Assembly (NCBI GenBank): GCA_025594325.1
Contig: JANHCV010000001.1
Location: forward strand, 4,650,001 to 4,714,000
Direction of reading: 5' to 3'
From: Blastocladiella emersonii ATCC 22665
Taxonomy: Eukaryota > Fungi > Blastocladiomycota
Length of the DNA: 64,000 bases
Part shown: positions 24,701 through 34,574 of the stretch, in pieces
How positions within the stretch are numbered: position 1 is the stretch's first letter
Layout of the letters: every line of letters begins with the position of its first letter
Translations under genes and position numbers: made by a program
The notes under the pieces: model-generated
The model's input: the letters and a program-made list of their open reading frames with translations, nothing else
Databases searched by the model: none
Told to the model about the DNA's origin: nothing

Positions 24701-25546
24701 TGGCGAGCTGGCCGCGATCAGCTGCGGCAGCGGGACCTGCGACTTGCGCATCATGATCGAGCGGACCTGGAGCTCGGACGGGCCCGAGGTGACCTGGCCG
24801 AACGGCACGATCGCGTAGCCCCACGACTGGCGGTACAGGCCGAGCTTGGCCGCGCTCGCAGCTGCATACTGCGCGCGGTCCGAGGACGACGACTTGTCGA
24901 GCACCTTGTCGACGCGCACGACGAGAATCACGCCGGGCTGCTGCGCGAGCGACAGCGGGAAGAAGGCGAGCGTGTCGTGCAGGTGCGGCGCCGTGCCGCG
25001 CGAGGACGCGAGAAGCTGCATGTGGTGCGGCGTGTTGAGCTCGAACTGCACGACCTGCGTGAGCTGGGCTCCGCTGGTCTCGTCGTGAAGCGCGAGCTGC
25101 AGGAAAATTGGCTGGCGCGACTCCATGACGTTGCACTCGAGGAGCTTGAGGCGGATCCAGCCGTCGGGCGCGGGTACGGCACGTACGCGCGCTTCGGGAC
25201 GACGGTGCGCGGGGATCGGTCGCTCCGTCCACTCGTGGTCGCGGCAGAGGCCCAGCAGGTCGCGGTCGGTGGATTGAGAGGACACCGAGCTCGCGTCCGT
25301 CAATGGACGGTAGTCCGCCACGGCGGAACCCTTGGAGTCGACGGCGACACGAGGAGCCGTCAGCGAGGCGATGATGTTCTGGGCGCAGGGGTCCCATTGC
25401 TGAAGCGTATCTTTGGGGACGAGCTCCTCGCCTACGATGGGATCGATCTCGACGAGTACGAGAGATTCAGGGCCAGGTAGAAGCGGAGACCCATCGTTGT
25501 CGCTCTAGAGAAACGAGTTGCTTAATTCAGTACGAGTCGAGCAGAG
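18756..25546 (-). repeat. Right arm of ~6.8 kb inverted repeat
   Basis: Reverse complement of 9607-16397; all mirrored ORF translations in the track are identical. Confidence 0.97.
18920..19786 (-). CDS. Tetraspanin (copy 2, identical to copy 1)
   Basis: Mirror of 15367-16233 within the inverted repeat. Confidence 0.88.
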
Positions 25547-25618
25547 CCGAACGAAAGTAGATAGACATACTGACACTGACAAAACCTCGCCGGGCATCAC
25601 AGCTCGCATCACGACCAT
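20041..25618 (-). CDS. DOCK GEF copy 2: exons 2 onward identical to copy 1, with a candidate different first exon (25618-25571)
   Basis: Mirror of 9649-15112 occupies 25504-20041. A GTATGT donor at 25570 and the AG ending at 25505 give a 66-nt intron, joining MVVMRAVMPGEVLSVS in frame (phase 0) to exon 2. The first exon is inferred. Confidence 0.7.
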
Positions 25619-25939
25619 AGCGCGCACGTTCAGGACCGCCACAACCCACTCTTCAGGCTGCAAGACGTACACGCGCAAGAAGTATGTGTTCACAAAACTC
25701 CGGAAACTGTTCAACCATCTGTTCGTCGCGCGAGCGGCCGAACTAAGTGGCTACGCCTTCGAAACTGGCGCCAAGTGGTCGTGTTGTGGAGCCGCCAACC
25801 TTCAAGAACGTGAACGTCCTGTCACTTGCGGTCCGCTGACACGGTTATACCTTTGGCGGCGCTGGTCTAGAAAGTAAGCCAGCTTCACTCTATGTTATTA
25901 ACGTGTAACATGACGTTGAGGTGGGACTGTCTCACGTTC

Positions 25940-26475
25940 TGCCAGGGCGCAGTCAACGACGCGGTCGAGAAGTTGATCTGTGCGTGGGCTGTGGCAGGCG
26001 GGCTGGCGGTCGTCGCGGCGATGCAGGAAGCCCCGGTCGTCGATAAAGACATGGCGGTGGATGGGCCAGCATCGTCAGCGCCGCGGAGGCGGCACTACTC
26101 ACTGCTGCTCGTCCTCAACCGGAGCCTCGCCAACGCGCATGACGCGGCCGTGCACGGGCTGCTCAAGTCCTGTAACGACCCACTGACCGTCGCCCTGGTC
26201 CTCAACGGGCTCGCCGCGGCATCTCCGCAGCCGCAGCTGACACGGCTCTTGCGCGGGTGACGTCGCTGTTGGATGCGCTCCCCAACTGGACCAACGCGCA
26301 GGCCATAGATACGGACTCAAACGAGGGCGCAGACCTCGACGCCGACGTCAAGTCCTTGCTCCCGCACGCCGCGCAGGTCCTGCTGCACATCCTGCAAAAC
26401 ACGCGCAACCTGATCCCTGTTGCGTGTCGTTCATGTGGCCACGACCGCGGTGATCAATCATCTGATCTCGCGTGA
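25940..26475 (+). pseudogene. Possible degraded gene fragment, product unknown
   Basis: Coding-like ORFs 25892..26260 and 26257..26475 abut with a frame change near 26255. No recognisable domain. Confidence 0.25.
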
Positions 26476-27075
26476 GCCGCCCGCAATCCCTCGCTCCCGC
26501 GCCGCCGCACCCCGCTGCGGCGCGCCCTGCTTTGTTATCCATTCTCCCCTCTCCCCGTCTTGGGTTCGGGGCCGAAGGCAGGAATAGACATCCCTGACTA
26601 CTTGTCTCCCGCCTCCTTCTGTCGGCATCAACAATCCCGGCGGCGCCGCCGCGCGTCCGCGTCAAGCTGCTGCGTCTCGCCACCGCGACACTTGAAAGGG
26701 TATGCAACAGTAATGTCAAGGCCTTCAGTGCCGCCAGGAAGCGTGTAGAATTCAGCGGGAAACAACTGCGTGGAGCGTATCACGCTGAGTGCTCCGTTTA
26801 TGCCGACGCCGAATCGCGCATGACCGAGAATCGCATCGCGTCCCGCGGTATGACTAGTGTACACCACCACAATTCCCGAAAATTGTGAATGCGGACCCAC
26901 AATTCGACATGCGATTGTGATTGCGGTTTGTGGAAAACCTGGAGGCGACGCGAGGAACGCGCTCACGTGCAGTCATGTGAGTGCTTAAGGACGACTTGAC
27001 GCGAGTGACAGGCAGAATCGGCACACGAGAGACTGACGGAGGGATGCCACAGAAAAGAAGGTGTGTACTCATTCA

Positions 27076-27867
27076 TCACACGTTAACAATATCGGCGAGC
27101 TCATCGATGTCAAGCTCCATCTGGTCCTCGCAACTGGCCGCCATGAAGGTGTCAGGATGAGGCATCTCGTCAAGCGAGATGGGGAGGGCGGCCAGATCGA
27201 AGGCCGTGGTTGACCGACGTCGAAGCGATCGAGGAGATGTTGGTGATGACGCGGTTTGCGAGGGCCGGGTGCGCGAGGCTGACGATGGGCGCCTCGAGTT
27301 CCAGGAGGGCGATGGGCTTGGAGCCCGCCTCGATGATCTGCGCCTGCTCGGCGTCCGACAGGGTCGAGAAGTCGTCCTTGACCGTGTTGCCCGAGACGAG
27401 GCCGAAGTCGGCGAGCTGGTGGTACACGTTGGCCTTGGACGGCCCGACCTCCTCAATGTCGTTGCCCCTGTTTCCTCGCCCGCGTCCTCCATCTCGGTGT
27501 CGCTGTCGGTCTCAATGCCGCACATCTCATCCTCAATCGGCGATATAGCCGCGGCCGCGACTGGCGGGGGCGCCAGCGTCGCAACGAGACGGCGAGGCTG
27601 CCGGCGGGCGCGCAAGGGCCGGCCGCCGCGCTTACTCACCGTGCGCAAAGCATTGCCGGCCACCGTGCTCCGAGAACGACGGCGAGGCCCGTCGGCGGGG
27701 AGTGCATTGGCGCTGTGTTCTGCACGCGGCGATGGTGAAGAGGACGAGCGTCGATGGTGCGCTCGACGGGCGCCGATGGCGAGCGTGGACGAGCGGGCAT
27801 CGCCGCGGCGGCAGCCCGAAGTCGACAGACAGCGGCGTTGGTTGTCGGGGAGGCGATCGAGTTTCAC
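27076..27867 (-). pseudogene. Acidic hypothetical gene with two compensating frameshifts (~27465 and ~27210)
   Basis: Coding-like codon usage switches from the frame of 27076..27867 into that of 27170..27427 (GNDIEEVGPSKANVYHQLADFGLVSG...) and back (TTAFDLAALPISLDEMP). Confidence 0.45.
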
Positions 27868-28201
27868 GACGAGCGTGCGCTCAACTCGGGTGAGCGGCAG
27901 TGCCGCGGCAGCTGGGCGACGAGGTCAAGATGCGTCTCACGTGATCGGTTGCTAGGCCCTTCGCCCCTCACCACATTCCGGCCGACAATTGTGATTGTGG
28001 CTACGTTCACTCAAATCTTTGTGTGCAATTGTGAGTTGCGATTGCGGTGGTGTACACTAGTTGCGCCGCATTCAAATCGCTGGGTGCTCATTGGTCCCGC
28101 CGCGCCGGCCCGTTTCAAATCTGACTCCGCGTCTCAGCTGGGGTTTCCCTCGAGCCAGCTCTGGTTGCTTTTTCTCTGCAAACGACAATATTCAACGACA
28201 T

Positions 28202-29533
28202 TTACGACGACGGCGAAGGCGAGCGCGACAGGGATCGCGACAGGGAGCGGGACCCGCCGCGGGCGGTCCGCGCGAGCTGGCGGCCGCGCTCGGGAAGCTC
28301 GTTCGGCAGCTCGCCCTCGTCGAGACTCTCGGCGCGCTTCGGGATGACACCGTCGGCCGACTTAGGTGGCGGCGACCGGGACCGAGAGCGCGACCGCGAC
28401 GAAGACGGAGCGCGCTTGACCTGCGGCGACCGGGACCGCGAGCGCGAGCGCGAGCGCGAGCGGGACGACGACGGAGCGCGCTTCGCCCGCGGCGACCGCG
28501 AGCGGGTCCGCGAGCGGGAGCGGCGCGGGGACCGGGACAGCGAGTGGGTACGTCCGACGCGCGGGCTCCGCTTGACGCGCGGGCTGCGGCTGCGCGTGCG
28601 GCTGCGGCCGCGGGACGCGACGCTATCGATACTGCTACTCCGCGCGCGGCGGCGGCGGGGCGGCGTGCGGCTGCGACTCCGGCTGCGGCTCCAGCTCGGA
28701 CTCTGCCCGCGTCCTCGCCCGCCGCGCGCGCGGCCGCGGCTGCGACTCCGGCTACGACTCCGGCTCGAGCTGTACCCGCGGCGACGACCACGCGGGTCCG
28801 CGTCCCTGATGCCGCGGGGGCGGGGCTTGAACCGGTCGGGGACCTTCTCCTTGACGTCTTCCCAGCGCACGCCGAGCTCGGCCTCGGCGCGGGCGAGGTC
28901 GGCGGCGGGTCGGCGGCCCTGGTCGATTTCGTCGACGACGACGGCGAGGACGGCGGCGTGGCGCGCGGTCTCGGCGTCGGCGCGCTTGAGGTCGCGCTCC
29001 TCACGCTGCGTGAGGCGGCGCGCCTCGCGGTCCTCGGGGCGCACGTACGCGTTGTCGAGGCCAAAGGCCGCGGCGAACCGCGCGTTCTCGGCCTGCTTGG
29101 CGATGGCCATCTGGTGCGACCCGCTCGGTGCGGCGGAGGCGGAGTTGCGGCCTCCCGACTGGAACTCGTCCGTCAGGCGCTTGCGCAGGGCGGCGACCTT
29201 GGACTCGATCTCGGCGGCTTCGAGTCTAGATATGGGGGTACAGAGTCAGCAACTGGCCGCAACACAAACTCCCTTGAGAGCGTACCCCTGGTCCTCGAGC
29301 TCCATCTCGAGCTCGGCGCACTTGACCTCGATCTGGCGCTTGCGGTCGTGCAGGAGAATGTCGGGGTTGGCCTGGCGCGGGGCGAGCATGTGGTGTGCGC
29401 GGTCCTCCATCTGGCGGTGCTCGCGCTCGCGCTCGGCCTCGCGGTTGCGCGGCTTGAGGAACGACATGTTGCGCTGCACATAGCCGTTGGTGCCCGACCC
29501 GCGCGCGGTCGAGAGGCCGATGCCGTTGTACAT
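28202..29533 (-). CDS. CWC21: Pre-mRNA splicing factor Cwc21/SRRM2-like with RS domain; intron 29285-29226
   Basis: MYNGIGLSTARGSGTNGYVQRN, ILLHDRKRQIEVKCAEL, EIESKVAALRKRL, HQMAIAKQAENARFAAAFGL; long RS-dipeptide tail. Confidence 0.93.
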
Positions 29534-29745
29534 GGTTGCGGGGGGTTTGGGTCGTTCTTTGGAGGTTGAGGTGGGTGAAGGGGAGAGGGAAGAATCGAGG
29601 GAGGGATCCGCGGCGGGCAGCCCGAGCGGAGCAACCGCCCTTGCCCGCGGAGCATCATCAGCTGTTGCAGCCTGACCTTCGCGTCGCTCATCCTAAGCCT
29701 CCCTCGTGCCCATCAACAGTTCAAACTACCATGTATACGTTCTCC

Positions 29746-31170
29746 TCACTGCAGCTCCGTGATCGCGAGCCCAAACTCGGTCCCGATCGCGACCTGGCGC
29801 AGCCGCTCGCCGGCGTCGGGCACGGTGAAGACGAGGTCCCACTTGGTGCGGCCCGTGAACACGCGGCGCGTCGTGTGCAGGGCGAGCTTGTGGTGGTGGG
29901 TGCTGACGAGCGTCCACTCGCCGTCGGGCGCCACGTTCGGCGGGAGGTCGACGGGCCGCCCGCCGGGCGACTCGAAGCCAAAGTACCGCAGCGAGCGTTT
30001 CGCGTTACCGGTTCCCGCGGCCGTGGGGTTGACGGCGGCGGGCGCCGACTTGCACGGGGTGAGGGCGAGGATCGACGACGTCGCGCACACGGCGGCGTCC
30101 ACGACGCGCACGGCGGCCGCGGCCTCGCCCGGCGCGGGCTTGCCAACGCCGACCGCGACGGGCGCCGGGATCCGGTCCTCGACCTTGCCCGTGCCGCACT
30201 GGCCGTACTCGGAGTTGCCCCACGCCCAGACGCCCGTAGCGCCGACGGCGAGCGTGTGGTCTGCGCCGGTCAGGATGCGGCCGATGGGGACGGGGAACGC
30301 GGTGCTGCCGCCCGAACCCGCGCGCAGGAGCGGGAGCCACGGCGTGAACGTGTTGGTATGCCCCTGGCCCGTCTGCCCGTCGGCCGACCACCCGGCGCTC
30401 GACACCTCGCCCGTCGCGTGCAGCAGCACCGTGTGGTCGAAGCCCGCGCGCACCTGGACCACGTCCGACAGCGGCAGCGGGACCGCGCGCCACGCCGAGA
30501 CGTGTGACGGCGTCGGCGCGAGGGATTGGCCGAAGTGGTTGCTTCCCGCTGCCCACACCTTGCCTAGACGTCGCGCGAGTGTGAGTTTGCGTCGTTGGGA
30601 GCGGGGTCAACCGAGCGTACGCGAGCCGGTCTGGTCCTGGATCAGGGCGAGCGAGTGCTGGCGGCCGAGCGACAGGCTGTGCACGCGGGTGCCTGCCGGG
30701 AGCGCCCAGTCATGGCGCGTCCACGCGAGCTTCTCGCGGTCCGCGTCGCTCTCGGGCGGCAGCACGCCTACAACACCGTCGTCGTTTGATCAGCGACGAG
30801 GCTGTAGAGCCGTCGAGCGACCACGCGCGCGTACCAAGCTGCCCGCTCGTGTTGAGCCCGAACGTGGCCAGCGTCTGCGTCGACTTGCCCTGCATGACCA
30901 TGCCGGCGTGCTTGCACCCGGCCTTGAGGAGGACCGGGTCCTACTCTCACCGCGCGCGCGCGTCAACTCATACTGCCCTCGAGACCGCGAGTTGACGATC
31001 GATCGAACCGCATCAAACGTGGCGAGGAGCGTCGGCTGTGGCAAGGTCTCAACAGCATTGCCGGCGCGTGGCGTGCCGTCGGCGGGCTGCTGGAACAGCG
31101 AGAAGTCGAAGCGGCCCCAGCCGTACAGGCCGTAGCGCGCGGAGCCGCGGGCGACCTTGGTCAGGGACAT
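29746..31170 (-). CDS. RCC1-repeat (RCC1/BLIP-II) protein, intron-containing
   Basis: RCC1 repeats: TFGLNTSGQLG, VWAAGSNHFGQ, QVRAGFDHTVLL, GWSADGQTG, GADHTLAV..VWAWGNSEYGQCG. Confidence 0.85.
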
Positions 31171-31509
31171 AATGGTGGTCGCGATGGCAGGACCCGGTTG
31201 CGGGTAGTAGTGTTACGTTGCAAGGTGTGGGCTATGGCGGGTGGAGGAGAGAGGCGGGGACGCGCGAGACATGGGCCGTCCGGCCGACGCGGTCGCTCGC
31301 GACGGCTGCGTGTTGATGATCAACGCGAGGCCGTCTCCGCGCGCGCGGCGCTGCTGCGCCACCAACAGGGGACAAGTCAAGAGGAGCTCAGGTAAGATTA
31401 CATTGAAGAAGGAGATATAGTGGCTGTAGCTGGGTGATCAAAAAAGGTAGGGTAGGGTGGGGGATACCCGCGACCGTCGGCCGCGGCGCGCGTACGAGTC
31501 GAGCTCGAG

Positions 31510-32322
31510 TCAGGCGGCCTGCCCGCCGCGCGGCTGGCGATGGAATCGGCCGATGCACCCGCGGGCGGCGAGGCCAGCGGCCGTGGACCGGTCGGCGGCC
31601 GAGCGGCGCTTGGTGATGGCGCCCGACGAGGACGAGGTGGTGGTGCGCGACTTGGACCGCGACCGCGCCGAGGTGGTGGCCGAGAGCAGGGCGGGCTCCA
31701 TGACGAGCTCCCACGGCCAGCGCGACGCGAGCGTGTTGGTGGGCGAGGCGGCGGCCACGTCGGCGGCGAGCGCGACAAACTCCTCGAGCAGCAGGCGCGT
31801 GGTGGCGAGCGAGGTCGAGTCGAGGTTGGCGAAGACGGCGGGTGCGGACGGTGGCGCGGCGGTCGTAGTGGTGGTGGTGACGGCGGCGACGAGGTCGGTC
31901 TCGGTCGCGCTGAGGTACAGGTCGACCGTCGACGCAAACGTGGGCTCCTCGAAGTCGGCAGCACCGGTCGCGGTCGCGGGGTGGTGGTGGAAGGACGCGT
32001 CACCGAGCTCCGAGTCCGTATCGTCACCGTCGTCGTCTGAGTCGGTATCGTCGTCGTCGCCGCGGTGATGGACGCCGCCGAGCGAACCGGCAGCCGCCGC
32101 GGGCGAGAGCGCAGCGATCGACGACTCGGGGACGGCCACGGGCCCGCACGCGCCGTCGTGCGACTCGGGCGACTCGGACAGCACGTACTCCCACTCCCAG
32201 TCCTGATCGGCGGCGGAGGAGGGACGCGGGATCGGGACGGGTTCCGCGGCGGCGGGCGGTGCGGACACGGCGGGGAGCACGGTGCTGACCCACGGGGCGA
32301 AGCGCGAGGCGAGCCACGACAT
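31510..32322 (-). CDS. Hypothetical acidic/Ala-Thr-rich protein
   Basis: ORF from ATG 32322 (MSWLASRFAPW) with GC3-biased codons and a D-rich tract. No family recognised; 3' end uncertain. Confidence 0.55.
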   Translation of the reverse strand: MSWLASRFAPWVSTVLPAVSAPPAAAEPVPIPRPSSAADQDWEWEYVLSESPESHDGACGPVAVPESSIAALSPAAAAGSLGGVHHRGDDDDTDSDDDGDDTDSELGDASFHHHPATATGAADFEEPTFASTVDLYLSATETDLVAAVTTTTTTAAPPSAPAVFANLDSTSLATTRLLLEEFVALAADVAAASPTNTLASRWPWELVMEPALLSATTSARSRSKSRTTTSSSSGAITKRRSAADRSTAAGLAARGCIGRFHRQPRGGQAA

Positions 32323-33584
32323 GGTTGGGGTTGCGGATTGTTGACGAAGTGAGGGAGGGGTGCGCCGCAGTCTAGTAGACGACGAGCGGCAGTCGTGGTG
32401 GTGGTGGTGGTGGTGCAAGAAAGCTACATGTGCGAGTGAGGGGAGCGTGCGAATGACACATTCGGGTCGGGTTCATGCGAGTCAGTCAGCATTTCTAGGC
32501 GTGGGGCGCGCGAACGTGTGCGGCGCGGCGGAAGGGCGGAAGGGCGGAAGGCAGCGTGGGGGACGCAGCGAGCAGCGCGACGGGGCACGGGTTGCGCCAT
32601 CGCGATGCACGCGCGGGCAAGTCCGGGGCGATGCGATCGGCGGGCAGCGGTGCGCGCAGCACCGCGCGCCGACGCGTGACGCGTTGCGCCTCGCGGGCCC
32701 TCGGTCACGCGCCGCGTTGCTCTCTCCGGCCCGCGACCCCGCCGACCACTCCCGCTTCCCCACACGGGCTGCAGGCTAAATTCGGCGTACCAGGGCAGGT
32801 GGGGTTCGGTCGGTTGTTCCCACTGTTGGTGTGTGACCGGGAGCTGCGGAACGGCGTCTCCCAGTCGAGTCGATGCGAAAAGTGTCTCACGCTCCAGGCG
32901 CAGTAGTGGTAGTCGTTGGCGACGGCGGCGGCGATGCGGCAGTGATGGTGATGATCGATGGAGTCGCGGTCGCCGGCGGGGACATGTCAAGAGCGGAGGG
33001 GAGGAGAGGTCGAGGAGGAAGTCGAGAGGGATGCGTGTGCGCGGACAAGGGCGCAACGACGAAACGGAGGGATGGGAGCGGGGCGATGGCCGTGCGTGGG
33101 AGGATGCTGAGCAGCGAGCGAGGGAAGGCGGGGGCTGCGCACACCTAAGTACGGCAGCGGCTCAGCCAGGGGTCCGCCGTCGCCCCGCATGGCTCCGTCC
33201 TGCCGGCCAGCGGCGAGACTCCCTTGTTGTCATGTGTGTCATCTGGGCGGCAGCCGACTCATCGCACGCGACCCGCGCTGCGCCACGCCGCGCCGCGAAT
33301 TCGGTCGCGTGAGCGCTTCTCTCCCGTCGCGCTGGCCCGCCTGACCTCCCGCGTGTCTCACGGCAAAGCCACCCGGGACGCCCCCACTCTGCCTCACCGT
33401 CTGTGAAACGGCCGCAGCAGCTATCGCGTGGGAGGAACAGTGTCTCACACGCTCGCTCCCGCGTGAATCCGGCGGCGTTATCGTGGTCGGCGATGGCGCG
33501 ACGTATGGCGTCAGTGCGAGACGGGAGTGGGTCCATTGCAGCAGTATATTACGATCGACGGCCGTGACCGAGCCCCGCCCGCGC

Positions 33585-34442
33585 TCAATCCTCGTCCCAC
33601 TCGGACGCGGCCGCGCGCGGCGCCTTGCTGCGCGAGTACATGGCGTCGACCGCGTCGGCGAGGTCCACGTCGCCGCTCGCTGCTCCTGGCTCGGCGGCCG
33701 AGGCTGAGGCCGAGGCGATGGTGCCGTTGCTGCCGCCTGACTGCTGGTTGAGGACGCGCTCGCCTAAACGCACGCGATAACGGAGGTCAGTCGACTTGGC
33801 ATGCGAGGGTGCCGCGGAGGAAGAGGCAGCGTACGCAGCAGCTCGTACATGACCGCCTGCGTCTGCTGCTCGAGCCGCGCCGCGCGCCGCGCGAGCTCGC
33901 GCTTGAGGTCGGCGTTGGCCTTCTTGGGCGCCAGCTCGGAGATATCCTGTCCAGGCGCACACACGTCGTTAGTTTCCCGCGGCCTTAAAATCACCTTCCA
34001 AAGTCCGTACCGCCATATCCGACTGCGACCGCTCAGCGCGCTCGCGCTGCTCCTGCGCAGACTGCGCGAGGATCGCCGTCGCGAGGTCCTCGACCGTGGG
34101 CACCTCAGTCAGCGCGAGGTACGCCGCGACGGCTTCGCGCTCGGCCTTTGCAATCGGGCCCTCTTCCCGTTCGCCATCCGCTTCGGCGTCGCCGTTGCGG
34201 CTCTTGCGGGTCTTTCGGCGGGGGCGCGGCGCATCCACCTCCATGGCGTCGTCCGCCTCATCATTATCATCGTTGAGTTCCCGGTCCTCATCATCCTCGC
34301 TCTCGTCATCGCTGGCGAGGTGGATCGGGTCGCCGAGAATCTCCGTCTTGAGATCCGCGAGCTTCTTGCGCCGCGCCGCCGCCGCCTGGAGCAGCAGCGA
34401 CGATGTCGCGGGCCGCGTTGCATCGACTGTCATTGGTGGCAT
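33585..34442 (-). CDS. CWF18: Cwf18/CCDC12-like splicing factor; two introns
   Basis: N-terminal AAAARRKKLADLK and C-terminal QDISELAPKKANADLKRELARRAARLEQQTQAVMYELLR, matching the LAP(K/R)K..DLKR motif of the family. Confidence 0.75.
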
Positions 34443-34574
34443 AGCTTCGTGGGTGGGTGTGCTTCGTGCTTCGCGAACGTGAGAGAGAGATCTTCGCCGA
34501 CCTGAACTGTCTCACCGCCTCCGCACCACGCTCACCTGATATCGCGACGCGCTCTTTATTCCCCTCCTCCGCCT

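Noticed and set aside
9599-25554. Palindrome as a composite transposon or Maverick/Starship-type element
   Set aside because: The arms carry host housekeeping-type genes; no transposase, integrase or tyrosine recombinase, and no target-site duplication was seen at the outer ends.
25740-25800. KWSCCG resembling a Btk/CHORD zinc motif in ORF 25518..25877
   Set aside because: The other ligands and spacing are missing, codon usage is atypical, and the ORF start lies inside the repeat arm.
28200-28800. Tandem-like GCGGCT/GACCGCGA repeats
   Set aside because: Explained by the Arg-Ser domain of Cwc21/SRRM2.
32380-33580. Additional gene in the 1.2-kb gap
   Set aside because: Only short low-complexity ORFs; a possible upstream exon near 32890-32985 could not be supported.
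28202-34442. Splicing-factor gene cluster (CWC21 and CWF18)
   Set aside because: Two housekeeping genes separated by unrelated loci; compatible with chance in a gene-dense genome.
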